Counted from the whole stretch's first letter, positions 1-12,800 are shown. The stretch is DNA of 63,864 nt, filler included, from Octopus bimaculoides (GCF_001194135.2; 6 parts of 6 records of this genome joined end to end with filler, not necessarily neighbours in it), one strand, 5' to 3'. Notes: generated by a model from the sequence alone, not told the origin. Numbers and translations: made by a program.

Positions 1-138
1 ATATATATATATATATATATATATACGTATACATATATACAGATTTATACATACATATACATATACATGTATACATATATGTATACATACATATATGTAT
101 ATATACATACATGTATATATACATACATATATGTATAC

Positions 139-352
139 AAGGCGGCGAGCTGGCAGAATCGTTAGGACGCCAGGCGAAATGCTTAACGGTATTTCGCCTG
201 CCGTTTCGTTCTGAGTTCAAATTCCGCCGAGGTCGACTTTGCCTTTCATCCTTTCGGGTTCGATTGAATAAGTACCAGTTACGCACTGGGGTCGATGTAA
301 CTGACTTAGTCCCTTTGTCCCCTCTATGTTTAGCCCCTTGTGGGCAATAAAG
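139..352 (+). mobile_element. SINE family A monomer (tRNA-derived)
   Basis: Head GGCGGCGAGCTGGCAGAA with B-box GAGTTCAAATTCC, central gcctttcatcctttcggggtcgata..aagtaccag domain, tail tagccccttgtgggcaataaagaa. More than 15 related copies in the window. Confidence 0.9.
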
Positions 353-535
353 AATTAATATATACATATATACGCATATATGTATATACATATATAGATA
401 CACATTTATAAACATAGGTGTGTATGTATGTATATATTAATTCTTTATTANNNNNNNNNNATTTATAAACATAGGTGTGTATGTATGTATATATTAATTC
501 TTTATTAATTCTTTATGTATGTATATATTTGTATG

Positions 536-566
<31 letters not shown>

Positions 567-671
567 ATGTGTGTATATGTGTGTGTATATATATGTATAT
601 ATATGTATATATATGTACGTGTGTATATATATATGTGTGTGTATACATATATACATATATACACACATAGA

Positions 672-746
<75 letters not shown>

Positions 747-976
747 TTGTGTGTATATTTATATATATGTAATGTCTGTATGTAAATATGTATCTATTTA
801 TGTAATGTATGTATGTATATATATCTATATATGTATGTATGTATATCTATATATGTATGTATGTATATCTATATATGTATGTATGTATATATATCTATAT
901 ATGTATGTATGTATATATACATATATAATGAATGTATGTATATATATGTTTGTGTGTTTGTATGTGTGTGTGTGTT

Positions 977-1014
<38 letters not shown>

Positions 1015-1703
1015 ATATGTGTATATATATATATTTATATGTATTTATATATACATATATATCGTCGCGTATGCTCTAGCATGGTTAGTCTCATTCGAAG
1101 TTGTTAATCTTCTACTAGTGAAGTAAAAATAAACGAATAAATTTTGCAATTGTTTGTTTAATAGAAAACAAATGAAATGACAGCTCACGTGTTGCCTTTC
1201 CCTAAATTCACCTTCTTATCTGTAAGGTAACATTATAGTATGCCGATGTAACTGTTGAATAATTTTTTTAAACAGCTGATTTTATATCACCAATAACAGT
1301 AACGCCATTATCTAGAACCTCTTGTAGAATTTGCATTGTAGCCAGAGATAATAGGAAAGTTCCAAATTTCAATCTCTTAGAGTTTCAGACATTGTTGCTG
1401 ATCTTTTCAATATGTTTAACATCATCACAAAATATTCCGTTTTTTGCATATACTTATTTTAACGTATCTTTGCATATCTTACACAAAATAGAATCGAATG
1501 AAGGAGGGTTTTTTTTTTAAAGTTTTATTGTGTTTTCNNNNNNNNNNNNNNNNNNACTTTAATTAAAACTGTTTTAAATTCTCTCTTTTCAACAAGACTT
1601 GAATTTAATTAACATACTCATCAACACAGGCAATACGAACGACTACAACAACGACAACAATAACGATAGAGATGACACCCATATAATCGTTACTGTTGTT
1701 CAA

Positions 1704-2015
1704 GGCAGCGAGCTAGCAGAATCGTTGGCACGCTGGGCGAAATGCTTAGCAGTATTTCTTCTGTCGCTACGTTCCGAGTTCAAATTCCGCCGATGTTGAC
1801 TTTGCCCTTTTATCCTTTCGGGGGTCGATGAAATAAGTACCAGTTGAACAATGGGGTTCGATGCAATCGTCTATTCCCCTATCCCAAAATTTCAGGACTT
1901 GTACCTCCAGTAGAAAGGATTATTATTATTGTTGTTGTTGTTGTTGTCGTTGTTCAAGGCGGCGAGTAGGCAGAATTGTTAGCACGTCGGGCGTTATGTT
2001 AAGCGGTATTTCGTA
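1704..2015 (+). mobile_element. SINE A full copy with (ATT)n tail followed by a second 5' fragment
   Basis: Same head, B-box and central domain. Tail gtagaaaggattattattatt, new head at ~1958. Confidence 0.85.
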
Positions 2016-2146
2016 TATATGAAAGCAAATGCCATAAGAAATGAAAGAGTAAGCAATTCACAAGTTAGAGTTACTAGTGTCATCATTCTCATCATCACCT
2101 TGGTTGCGAGCTGGCAGAAATACTTCGCTGGACGAAATGCTTAGAA

Positions 2147-2977
2147 TCATGTGCGATAGTGCAGAGTCTTACTGAAACACATATGGCTTTCCATTGCATA
2201 CACTGTCTATCCAGGGCTTAACAATTATTTCCAGGACCTCAGTGTAGGCGGCAGAGTTAACTCCAAGGCCTTGTGAAAAGAACTAAGGAAGCATCACATG
2301 ATCTTCATTGCTGACAACCCCTAAAACCATGACAGTTGCAGGAAATTTTGTATGCATAGCACTTGGAATTTCAGAAGGGTCTGCACATAACCATCTGTCA
2401 TTTCTTCTGTTAACTTTTTGCTCTTGATCGAAGTTTTTCTCGTTCGAGAAAAACTAAATCAAATTTTCTGCTGGATTTTTCAGTTTGTTTAAAAGCCTTT
2501 TAGATTTGATGTAGTGATTTTCTTCTGCTTTTTTTCTGACAAATTGACTTTTCCTCACAATATAAGACTTATATCTGATTTCTTCGTGGGCAACATTTCT
2601 GATTGTTCCTTCTGACGCATGGAGATCTTTTGCAATTGACCTCATGGACTTTCTGGGATTGCAATCAATGGTCTGTTGAACTTGCTGGATAAATTCGGGT
2701 GTTCTGATGAGTTCAGAGCGTTTAGAATGCTTTTTATGCTTTGATACTAGTGCTACGTTTCCATCTTCAGTCTCTAACTCCTTACAAACTTTGTAGACGA
2801 AAGATGTGACAACTTTTAAAAATCGAGATATTTCTAAATTTCTATGTCCAGCCTTTATGACCACAATAACATGCCTCTTCATTTCGTGAGTAAGCTGAAG
2901 GTCTGCCATTATTATTTTCTGAAACAAAGATTACAACGACCCCAAAAATTATATCCTCAAATACCTTACGCACCCTG
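2147..2977 (-). mobile_element. Tc1/mariner DD37D (maT-like) transposon fossil, 5' two-thirds
   Basis: ORF 2454-2927 gives an HTH region (IRTPEFIQQV..NPRKSMRSIAKDL). It continues with stops as FFSNEKNFDQEQKVNRRNDRWLC..VMVLGVVSNE..YVFQ*DSA. Terminal repeat TA|CAGGGTGCGTAAGG at 2977. Confidence 0.85.
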
Positions 2978-3332
2978 TATATATAGATGGATAGATGGAT
3001 AGACAGTTACAAACAGATAGATGATCGATGGATACATACATACACACGTATGCACGTACATACATGTACATACAGTATGGTGTGGTTTGAGGTACGTTTA
3101 GTTCTTACTTCTAGTATGTGGAGTAACCAAATAGAGGCTTCCTCGCTTCAAAGTGATTTATTCTTTACAGAAATCAACGATGGAATCTCAAAGTAGTCGC
3201 TTTTCATATGTAACAGATAGAAAAAAACAACGCACACATACACACACATACATGTTATATTTACATACATACTTATATATACATACATATATGCGTATCT
3301 AAGCATACATGTGTGTGTATACGTGTATGCAG

Positions 3333-3383
<51 letters not shown>

Positions 3384-4625
3384 TATATTGTATGTATGTA
3401 TGTATCTATGTATGTATAGAGGGAGAGTGGGAGAGCCTGGGGGCCTGATAATTTCATTGAGGGAGAATCACGTGTGTGTCATACGTTTCGTTCTGCCCTA
3501 AGGATCTCACAGTGAACCTTAAGAGACCANNNNNNNNNNNNNNNNNNNNNNNNNNNNNNNNNNNNNNNNNNNNNNNNNNNNNNNNNNNNNNNNNNNNNNN
3601 NNNNNNNNNNNNNNNNNNNNNNNNNNNNNNNNNNNNNNNNNNNNNNNNNNNNNNNNNNNNNNNNNNNNNNNNNNNNNNNNNNNNNNNNNNNNNNNNNNNN
3701 NNNNNNNNNNNNNNNNNNNNNNNNNNNNNNNNNNNNNNNNNNNNNNNNNNNNNNNNNNNNNNNNNNNNNNNNNNNNNNNNNNNNNNNNNNNNNNNNNNNN
3801 NNNNNNNNNNNNNNNNNNNNNNNNNNNNNNNNNNNNNNNNNNNNNNNNNNNNNNNNNNNNNNNNNNNNNNNNNNNNNNNNNNNNNNNNNNNNNNNNNCTC
3901 CCCCCCTTTCTTTTTCTCTTTTAACATCCTCTTCTTCTCCACCCCCTTCGTTTCTCTTTCAACTTCCTCTTCTTCTCTCCCCCTTTCTTTTTCTCTTTCA
4001 ACTTCCTTTTCTTTTCTCCCCCTTTCTCTTTCTCTTTCCTCTTCTTCTCTCGCCCTCCCCCTCTTTTTCTTTTCCTCTCTCTCTCTTCCCGTGTGTTTTC
4101 AACAACTGTTCATTGTTTCTATTAATAATGGTAAAAGTTACGTGTAGAATCTAATTCAATATATTTATTCTGATCAGGTATATTCTTTTTTAAAAAATCT
4201 CAGCCGTTGTTTTCTTGTATTTTCGCATTATTTTATTGCTTCTTCGTCCAATTTGACGAAATGTATTTCTTATTTTATTTTATTCATTTTTTTTTTTTTT
4301 TGCTTTATTTATTTTTGGATACCAGCTTCTTTTAATAATTGTTCTCCAAGCTTCATCAGATCTTAATATATCAGCGGGGTTGGCGTATAAATAGCGTTTA
4401 TTGAAATTCGCTTCCTTTCTTTATCTGAATGTTTTCGCTATAGAATTGGTAATAAAAAGACAGAGGGTTGATAAAGTGCATCGATGGACTAATGGTTGTT
4501 GTAACAGATGGCCTTTCCGTCGATGACGTCAGAACGCACGTGAGAGGAAGAGAGTGTAATAGTAAGAGGAGTAGTAGGAGTAGAGCTTGCAACCTGGGTG
4601 TGTGAATAATGTTTTAAGGTTCATA

Positions 4626-4840
4626 GGCGGCGAGCTGGCAGAAACGTTAGCACACGGAGCGAAATGCTTAACAGTATTTCGTCTGCTGCTACGTTCTGAG
4701 TTCAAATTCCGCCGAGGTTGACTTTACCTTTCATCCTTTCGGGGTTGATAAGTTAAGTACCAGTTGCGTACTGGGTCGATCTAATCGACTGGCCGCCTCC
4801 CCCAAAATTTCGGGCCCTGTACTAGAGTAGAAAAGAATAT
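4626..4840 (+). mobile_element. SINE A copy
   Basis: Full head, central domain and tail gtagaaaagaat. Confidence 0.9.
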
Positions 4841-4854
4841 ATTTCCTAGTTCAA

Positions 4855-5213
4855 GACGGCGAGCTGGCAGAAACGTTAGCACGCCGGGCGAAATGCTTAG
4901 CGGTATTTCGTCTGCCGCTACGTTCTGAGTTCAAATTCCGCCGAGGTTGACTTTACCTTTCATCCTTTCGGGATCGATAAATTAAGTACCAGTTACGCAC
5001 TGGGGTCGATGTAATCGACTTAATCCCTTTGTCTGTCCTTGTTTGTCGCCTCTATGTTTAGCCCCTTGTGGGCAATAAAGAAATAAGAAACGTTAGCACG
5101 CCGGGCGAAATGCTTAGCGGTATTTCGTCTGTCTTTATGTTCTGAGTTCAAATTTCACCGAGGCCAACTTTGCCTTTCATCCTTTCGCGGGTCGATAAAT
5201 TAAGTACCAGAAC
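4855..5213 (+). mobile_element. Dimeric SINE A (left monomer plus 5'-clipped right monomer from 5087)
   Basis: Junction gggcaataaagaaataa|gaaacgttagcacgccgggcg recurs almost identically at 16127. Confidence 0.85.
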
Positions 5214-6539
5214 ACTTTCAACTCGTAACTGTAAAGCAAACATCCAGACATTTTAATGTCTCTATTCAATGTTTTAGTCACTAAATCTTTTCGATCGCAG
5301 TAATCAGTCGCTTGACATTTGTATTCAGTTGTATTGCGCAGCGGGTGATACGTCGGTTTGTTCGTTGATGAAGAAGCAGACGCGAGCTGCGAGTTTTGTG
5401 ATATTCCAGTTGCTAGACTTACCAAAAGGTTGTAAGTGTAGCGATTCCGATAGGAATTGAAACAGTACCGCGATTTTAGTCCGTTGGGAACATATCGCTA
5501 TTCATGTAGTGTTCGTCAAGTATCATTTTAAACTATTAGTGATAATCGAGATACAACAAGAGATATTTACGTCATACAGATGCCCTTGGCATTTCCCTTA
5601 CAGCATATACATATCAGCCAGGTCACTAACGAATCATTCTGGAGGTCACTAGTTCTCCGTAGCAATCGGAAATTTGATTCTTTCAACTGAATTATATCTG
5701 ATAAACAGAACCATATACTGAATTGTGCAAACACATGCGTAATTTTCTTTTCGTGTATCTTTGCTAGTGTGAAATGTATAGGTCCTCTGTCAGTCTCGAC
5801 GATGAGAGTTCCAACCATTCTATCAAGGACGGCGAGTTAGCAGAGTCGGTAGAACATTGGATAAAATGCTTTATAATGTGTGTTCAGATTCTACGTTCTA
5901 TGTTCAAATTGTGCTAAGGTTAGCTTTGCCTTTTAGCGATGAGATGACGAAACTGCAAAGAACGTCTGACCAAATACTTTGCGGTAATTGTACCGGTTCT
6001 TTGGGTTCCGAGTTCAAATCTGGCCTATGTCTACTTGTGTGGTACACAGTCCCTCGCCCCGTTTAGCAACCCCATTTGGCATTTAGGGTACCCTTAACGT
6101 AGTTTATACAGTTGCAAGCACATGGGACAGCTCCGATTTGAAGATAACTCCCTTTCTCCATCTCACCAGTCTTGAACACTCTACAAAGAGCGATGGTCAA
6201 CATCTACATGGTTTCCATCAACTAAATTTCAATCCCAAGTCTAGAGCAGGCTTAAGGCTGCTGTAAAAGACATTTTTTTCAAGGTTCCACACATTGCAAT
6301 CGATTCTGAGATCTTATGCTTACGCAGCGAAATTCTCGGTCGCTTGTTCAACCCTTCAGCCATGTATAGAGTGAATGACGCACAGAGGCGCGCTTGCACG
6401 TTCACACATACTCTACTATGCCCTCATGTGTCTGCATTTATGTACACCTGAAGATATGTTTACACACAGGCACATACACAAATGCATATACACAAGCGTA
6501 TACATATAAGCACATATGTATATGTGCGTGTATGTATGT

Positions 6540-6730
6540 TTGTGTCTATGTTTGTCCCCCAACCATCGCTTGACAAACGATGTCGGTGAGTCTACGTCCT
6601 CGTAATTTAGCGGTTCGACAACGGAGACCGATAGAATAAATACTAGGCTTACAAAGAATTCCTGGGATCGATTTGTTCGACTACTGACGGTGCTCCAGCA
6701 TAGCCACAGTCAAATGACTGAAATAAATAA
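6540..6730 (+). mobile_element. SINE B 3' half
   Basis: tttgtcccccaaccatcgcttgac...gaccgatagaataaatactagg...ggtgctccagcatagccacagtcaaatgactgaaa, preceded by a TA/TG microsatellite. Confidence 0.85.
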
Positions 6731-7519
6731 AGGAATATATATGCATATATATATATATATATGCATATGTATATGTATATGCATATATGCATGTGCATTG
6801 ATATATGCATATATATGTATATGTATATCATTGGAATACACAGAAAGATTGAGACGCAACATGAGGAAAAGCAATTGTGTCGCGAAACTGATGACCACGC
6901 ATATACACATTATTTCTACGTGCGTGTATGTATGTTTGAGTATATGTGTATATATATGCGTGTGTTTGTGTGTGTGCGTTTTAAATTTGTGAAACATCAG
7001 CGGTAAAAGCAATTGTGTCAACAAAGTAATGCGAAGATAATCTGTCAGATAGATTATCAGATAAAATAGTTACATTTTGTTCCGTGTTGTGTTCTCTGTT
7101 GACCATGACTGTCAAGCAACTAACTTTCCTGATCACATTACAAGCTGAGGAAGCCTGTGGCCAAAGCAATTTATTCGTATATCTTTACGCTGAACTAGCT
7201 ATAATGTATGAATGAAAAAGGTGGAACACAGGTTTGCCAAAGGAATTTAGCGGGTGGGGGTGGATAGAAATAAACATGCATAACATAGTCAGACACGCTG
7301 AATACCTTTATCAGATGTCGATCAAACGTCATTACAATTTCGACACACTCCAGCAATACTTTTTTCAGTTTGGCAGTGGGATATAATCTATCGGATAAGA
7401 TAGATGAACAACGACAGAAGAAATTGAGATAAGGAGCGTGGACCATAAAGCAAAATACATGTCGTAGGAAGACAAGGAAAAATATTTTAATATAGAATAT
7501 TATGATTATTTTTTTTCTC

Positions 7520-7745
7520 TTCTATCTTTCACTTGTTTCAGTCGTTGGACGCGGCCATGCTGGGGCACCACTTAGAAGAATCGACCCTAGTATTTTTTAA
7601 CCCGGCACTTATTCTATCGGTTTCTTTAGCTGAACTGCTATGTTACGGGGATGTAAACACACCAACAAGCAGTGGTTGGGGGACAAACAGATACGAATAT
7701 ATATATATATATATACGACGAGCTTCTTTCACAAGACTTTGCCCA
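7520..7745 (-). mobile_element. SINE B, 5'-truncated, short internal (TA)n
   Basis: Reverse-complement of the B tail (acttgtttcagtc..gcggccatgctgg) through atatatacgacgagcttctttc. Confidence 0.8.
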
Positions 7746-7793
7746 TAGTGTCATACAATGAAATATAATATAGAATATTATGCTATAGAATCG

Positions 7794-8175
7794 TGGCACT
7801 CCGTCAGTTACGACGACGAGGGTTCCAGTTGATCCGATCAACAGAACAGCCTGCTCGTGGAATTAACGTGCAAGTGGCTGAGCACTCCACAGATATGTGT
7901 AGCCTTAAGGTAGTTGTCGGAGAGATTCAGCGTGACATAATGTGCGACAAGGCTGGCCCCTTTGAAATACAGGTACAACAGAAACAGGAAGAAAGAGCGA
8001 GAGGAAGTTGTGGTGAAAGAGTACAGCAGGGTTCGCCACCACCACCCTGCCGGAGCCTCGTGGAGCTTTAAGTGTTTTCGCTCAATAAACAATCTTAACG
8101 CCTGGTCTGGAAATCGAAACCTCGATCCCACGACCGCAAGTCCGCTGCCTAACCACTGGGCCATTGCGCCTCCAC
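7794..8175 (-). mobile_element. SINE C full copy with 11-bp TSD
   Basis: Head GTGGAGGCGCAATGGCCCAGTGG (A-box) and GTTTCGATT (B-box). TSD TGCTATAGAAT at 7781-7791 and 8176-8186. Confidence 0.92.
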
Positions 8176-8223
8176 TGCTATAGAATAGTATAAAATAGAA
8201 TGTCATAATACAGAAATTTGTGA

Positions 8224-8383
<160 letters not shown>

Positions 8384-8689
8384 CATATATAATAATACAA
8401 TATAATAATGATAATAATAATACAAAATGCTGAGAAATATGAACGGTAGGTATGTTACTTCTAAAAAGCCTCAAGAGCTATTTCAAATCTCATACAGAAA
8501 CATGTACTTTAGACAAGTCTCTTATAGTTCCATAACACGTTTATCTTTTTTTGGTGAGGTTCGAAGTAAAATTGAGTAAAACCATAGAAAAAGACAGAAT
8601 ATTTTAAAGTACATAGCGTGTGTGCATTAAAAGTACATAAAGGTCATAGTTCAGTTTGACTAGAAAGCAGTTCGTATTGCGGCTTTTGA

Positions 8690-8900
8690 CTGCTACTGCA
8701 GCTGCTGCTTTTGCCGCTGCTGCTCTCATTTCAGATGCAGTTGGTTTGTCTGCTGCTCTCACTATTGTTGCAGTTGATTCCGTTGCTGTTTCTTTCACTG
8801 CTGTTGCAGTCGACACCAGCTTCTGCTGCTGCTTTCACTGTTATTGCAGTTGATTCTACTGCTGCTGCCTCTCTCAGCGCTGTTGCAGTTGATTCCGCTG
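8690..8900. repeat. GCT/GTT low-complexity tract with a degenerate 36-40 bp minisatellite
   Basis: Recurrent core cactgttgttgcagttgattc-like, about four times. Confidence 0.7.
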
Positions 8901-9158
8901 TGATGATTACTTCTCCAAATGCAGTTGCTTTTTTTTTTTTTTTGATTCTGCGTACTGCCTTAGTCTACATTAATTCTGATGCTGAGGCTGATACTGCCAC
9001 AACTGATGCTATTTCAATTGATGGTGGGAGACATGAAGAGAACGAGAATTTCTGAAACGTGATTGTCATAAAGATGAAATGGTATGATGGCGGTGTGTGC
9101 ACGAGAGATAGATGTTCAATCTAATTCAATATGGTTGTTGTAAATCAATATCACCAAT

Positions 9159-9400
9159 TACTCTTTTACTCTTTTACTCTTTTACTTGTTTCAGTCATTT
9201 GACTGCAGCCATGCTGGAGCACCGCCTTTAGTCGAGCAAATCGACCCCAGGATTTATTCTTTGTAAGCCTAGTACTTATTTCTATCGGTCTTTTTTGCCG
9301 AACCGCTAAGTTACGGGGACGTAAACACACCACCATCGGTTGTCAAGCGATGTTGGGGACAAACACAGACACACAAACATACACACACACACACACACAC

Positions 9401-9441
<41 letters not shown>

Positions 9442-9904
9442 NNNNNNNNNNNNNNNNNNNNNNNNNNNNNNNNNNNNNNNNNNNNNNNNNNNNNNNNNNN
9501 NNNNNNNNNNNNNNNNNNNNNNNNNNNNNNNNNNNNNNNNNNNNNNNNNNNNNNNNNNNNNNNNNNNNNNNNNNNNNNNNNNNNNNNNNNNNNNNNNNNN
9601 NNNNNNNNNNNNNNNNNNNNNNNNNNNNNNNNNNNNNNNNNNNNNNNNNNNNNNNNNNNNNNNNNNNNNNNNNNNNNNNNNNNNNNNNNNNNNNNNNNNN
9701 NNNNNNNNNNNNNNNNNNNNNNNNNNNNNNNNNNNNNNNNNNNNNNGCTTCTTTCAGTTTCCGTCTACCAAATCCACTCACAAGGCTTTGGTTGGCCCGA
9801 GGCTATAGTAGAAAACACTTGCCCAAGATGCCATGCAGTGGGAATGAACCCGGAACCATGTGGTTGGTAAGCAAGCTACTTGCCTCACAGCCACTCCTGC
9901 GCCT
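9159..9904 (-). mobile_element. SINE B full copy; internal microsatellite spans an assembly gap
   Basis: Head aggcgcaggagtggctgtg (rc, ends 9904), tail (GTAAAAGA)n at 9159-9190, (CA)n(TA)n running into N 9442-9746. Confidence 0.9.
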
Positions 9905-10297
9905 ATAAAAAATACAAACGAAGTAAAAAAAAAAAAACTATACTTCTGTTTATTCCACAAATCGCAAGAAATATAAATGAACGCATCAAACTATACTGTG
10001 CCATGACCATCACATGTTTTTACTGCAAGTTTTTACTGATTTGCAGCCTGGTGTGTTTTCTTGTTGTTTCATCGCCTGAAGAGAAAAAGTCTTCCGTTGT
10101 CAGAATCGATACAGTTGGTTCTTTGTGGTTTTGTTCCTTCTAGGTTCTAAGTTCAAATTCTGACCAGGGTCATACTTCCGTTGACCGTTAAATACAAACT
10201 ACCAGTCAAGCATTTATGACGATATAATTAATTCAAGACCACCGCCAAAATTTGTGCTGTTGGAACTAAGTTTATTATCATTATTATTAGTAGTATT

Positions 10298-10665
10298 AAA
10301 GCTAGCAGAAACGTTAGCACGCCGGGCGAAATGCTTAGCGGGTATTTCGTCTGTCTTTATGTCCTGAGTTCAAATTCCGCCGAGGTTGACTTTGTCTTTC
10401 ATCCTTTCGTGATCGATAAATTAAGTACCAGTCAAGTACTGAGGTCGATCTAATCGATGCCCCCCCCCCNNNNNNNNNNGCCGTTTTGTTCTGAGTTCAA
10501 ATTCCGCCGGGGTCAACTTTGCTTTTCATCCTTTCGGGGTCGATAAAATTAGTACCAGTTACGCACTGGGGTATATGTAATCGACTTTATCCCTTCCTCC
10601 AAATACGAGGCCTTGTGCTTCTATCAGAAAGGATTATTATTATTATTATTAGTAGTAGTAGTAGT

Positions 10666-10702
<37 letters not shown>

Positions 10703-11130
10703 TAGAACTTGAAAGGCGACGAGCTGGCAGAATCGTTAACACGCCGGGCGAAAGGCTTTGCAACATTTCGTCTGTCTTTCCGTTCTGAGTTCAAATTCCG
10801 CCGAGGGTGACTTTGCCTTTCATCATTCCGGGGTCGATAGAATAAAGTACCAGTTGAGCACAGGGACCGATGTACTCTACTTTCTCCGCTCAACTGAAAT
10901 TGCTGGCCTTGTGTCAAACTTTGAAACCACTATTATATAGAACTTGCTAAAGCGACGAGCTACCAGTATCATTTCTTCCAACTCTTTACGTTTCGAGTAC
11001 AGAGTTGGAAGTCGACTTTGCTTTTCATTCTTTCGTGGTCGATAAAATACAGTACCAATTGAGTACTGGAATCAATGTAATCGACTAACGTCCTCACCCA
11101 AAACTGCTGACCATTTCCTAAAATTTGAAA
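10298..11130 (+). mobile_element. Head-to-tail cluster of 3-4 SINE A copies; copy 10712-10935 has an 11-bp TSD
   Basis: Repeated heads at ~10300, 10713 and 10948. TSD TATAGAACTTG at 10701-10711 and 10936-10946. Confidence 0.85.
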
Positions 11131-11133
11131 CTA

Positions 11134-11335
11134 TTGGGTTGTCCGGAAAGTTCGTGCCGATTTATAGTAGCTTACCTTTCGACTTATTTGCCATGAAACC
11201 ACCTCAATTCTGGGAAGAGGGTATTTTCAAGTTAAAGGAAAGATGGAGACGCCTTGTGCAACAAAATGGTTCATATTTAGTTGATTAAAAATGTAATAGC
11301 AAGTATTTTCTGACCTTTTCCTTTCCTTTAAAAAT
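11134..11335 (+). mobile_element. Internally deleted mariner-type element
   Basis: TA|TTGGGTTGTCCGGAAAGTTCGTGCCG terminal repeat joined almost directly to the transposase C-terminus MKPPQFWEEGIFKLKERWRRLVQQNGSYLVD* (11193-11288). Confidence 0.75.
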
Positions 11336-11559
11336 TAACTCAAGAATTAATTATTGTCACTGTTTAGCCCCAAGTCAGCATACATTGAGCCGACTAATGA
11401 TCAAAAGCCTTCACATCTTTGTATTATATCTAGACTACATTATCCAATGATTCCTCTGCATGTGTGTATGTGTCTATATAAGAAATTAAATCGGCTTCTA
11501 ATTTGTGTGTATGGATGGATGTACAGACAGACATATATACATATACACCCTAACCATAG

Positions 11560-11840
11560 CCTAAAGATCATGGTGTTGCACTCACGATCACGAGACCGTG
11601 GTTCCGATTTCTAGACAGGGCGATGCGTTGTGCTGTTGAACGAAACACTTCCTTTTTATGTAACGCTGCAAATCATTTCAACACCTGACGCGTGGCGCGC
11701 TTGTACACCCGTGCAGGTAACGTCGATTTGACGAAGGGCGTGAGCTTATGTGAACACAAACATTTGATCACTATAAACAAATCATCTGTGCAAGGAATTC
11801 CAGAACCTGTATTTGTCATCTAACGATGGGAAGCCCATAA
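11560..11840 (+). mobile_element. Degenerate tRNA-derived SINE with a head related to family C
   Basis: cactcacgatcacgagaccgtggttccgatttctagacagggcg resembles the C head. Body differs from C. Confidence 0.55.
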
Positions 11841-12374
11841 TATATATGTGTGTGTGTGTGTACATAGATATAGGTATGTGTGCACATAAATATATGTGTG
11901 TGTGTGCCTAAAGACATTTGCGTGTGTGTACCTAAAGACATATGTGTGTACTTAAAGATATGTATGTGTGTGTGTGTTAAATGAAGGTTGTTATTTTAAA
12001 TTTAGTTTGAAAATAAGACTTACTGACGTGGTGACTCGATACTGAAACTGGAGCCTAGCCTAATATAATGTTCGAGTCGACTGGGACTTCGAATTACGCC
12101 AAACAGCTTGTTCAGTCAGTCACTAATGGAATAATCTGTCAAGCGAAATTTATAGCTCCACTCAACTCGAGCATTACAATGCAGGCAGACACACACATAC
12201 ACACACAGATGCACATGCATATACACAAATACAGGCACACACGCACACACGCACACACAGGCAGTGCGTTCTTTGTTCTTGTAGCGACCTTGGATTCATC
12301 TGTAGCGTTTATGATTTCGTCTTGCAGGGCTGGAGAGGGGGGGGCTCTGTTCGTGATGAGAAAAAGACTGATTG

Positions 12375-12800
12375 ATTGATTGATTGATTGATGGATTAAC
12401 TGATCGATTGATTGATGGTGGTGGTGGTAGTAGTGCTGACGAAGGCGATTATCGTAATTATGATGACAGGGTGATGATGATGATCACGATGAAGACGACC
12501 ACGATGATGATGATTATGTTGATGATGATGATGACGATAATGATTACATTGATGATCAGGATGGTGATGATGACGGACAACGACGACAACGGTGTTGAGG
12601 AGGAGGAGGATTATGACCATGAGGATAACGATGACGATGACGGAGATGTGGTTGACGTTGACGACGGCGATGAGGACGATGACAACGGAGTCAATGACGA
12701 TGATGATGATGCTGATGATGATGATGCTGATGATTATGATCATGAAGTCGAAGACGATGACGACGGCGGCGCGCGGCAAGCGGCGATGACGAAGATAATG
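12375..12800. repeat. (GATT)n followed by a cryptic (GAT/GAC)n low-complexity tract
   Basis: Trinucleotide mosaic giving poly-D, poly-M and poly-H ORFs in different frames. Confidence 0.85.

Noticed and set aside
404-507. 47-bp direct repeat either side of a 10-N gap
   Set aside because: Identical sequence flanking a tiny gap is an unmerged contig overlap.
475-1126. Long YI/CV/HT-rich ORFs here and throughout, including those spanning X runs
   Set aside because: Translations of TA/TG/CA microsatellites and gaps.
4492-4545. MVVVTDGLSVDDV resembling a VWA-domain motif
   Set aside because: In-frame stop shortly upstream, no good acceptor, and no other VWA exon.
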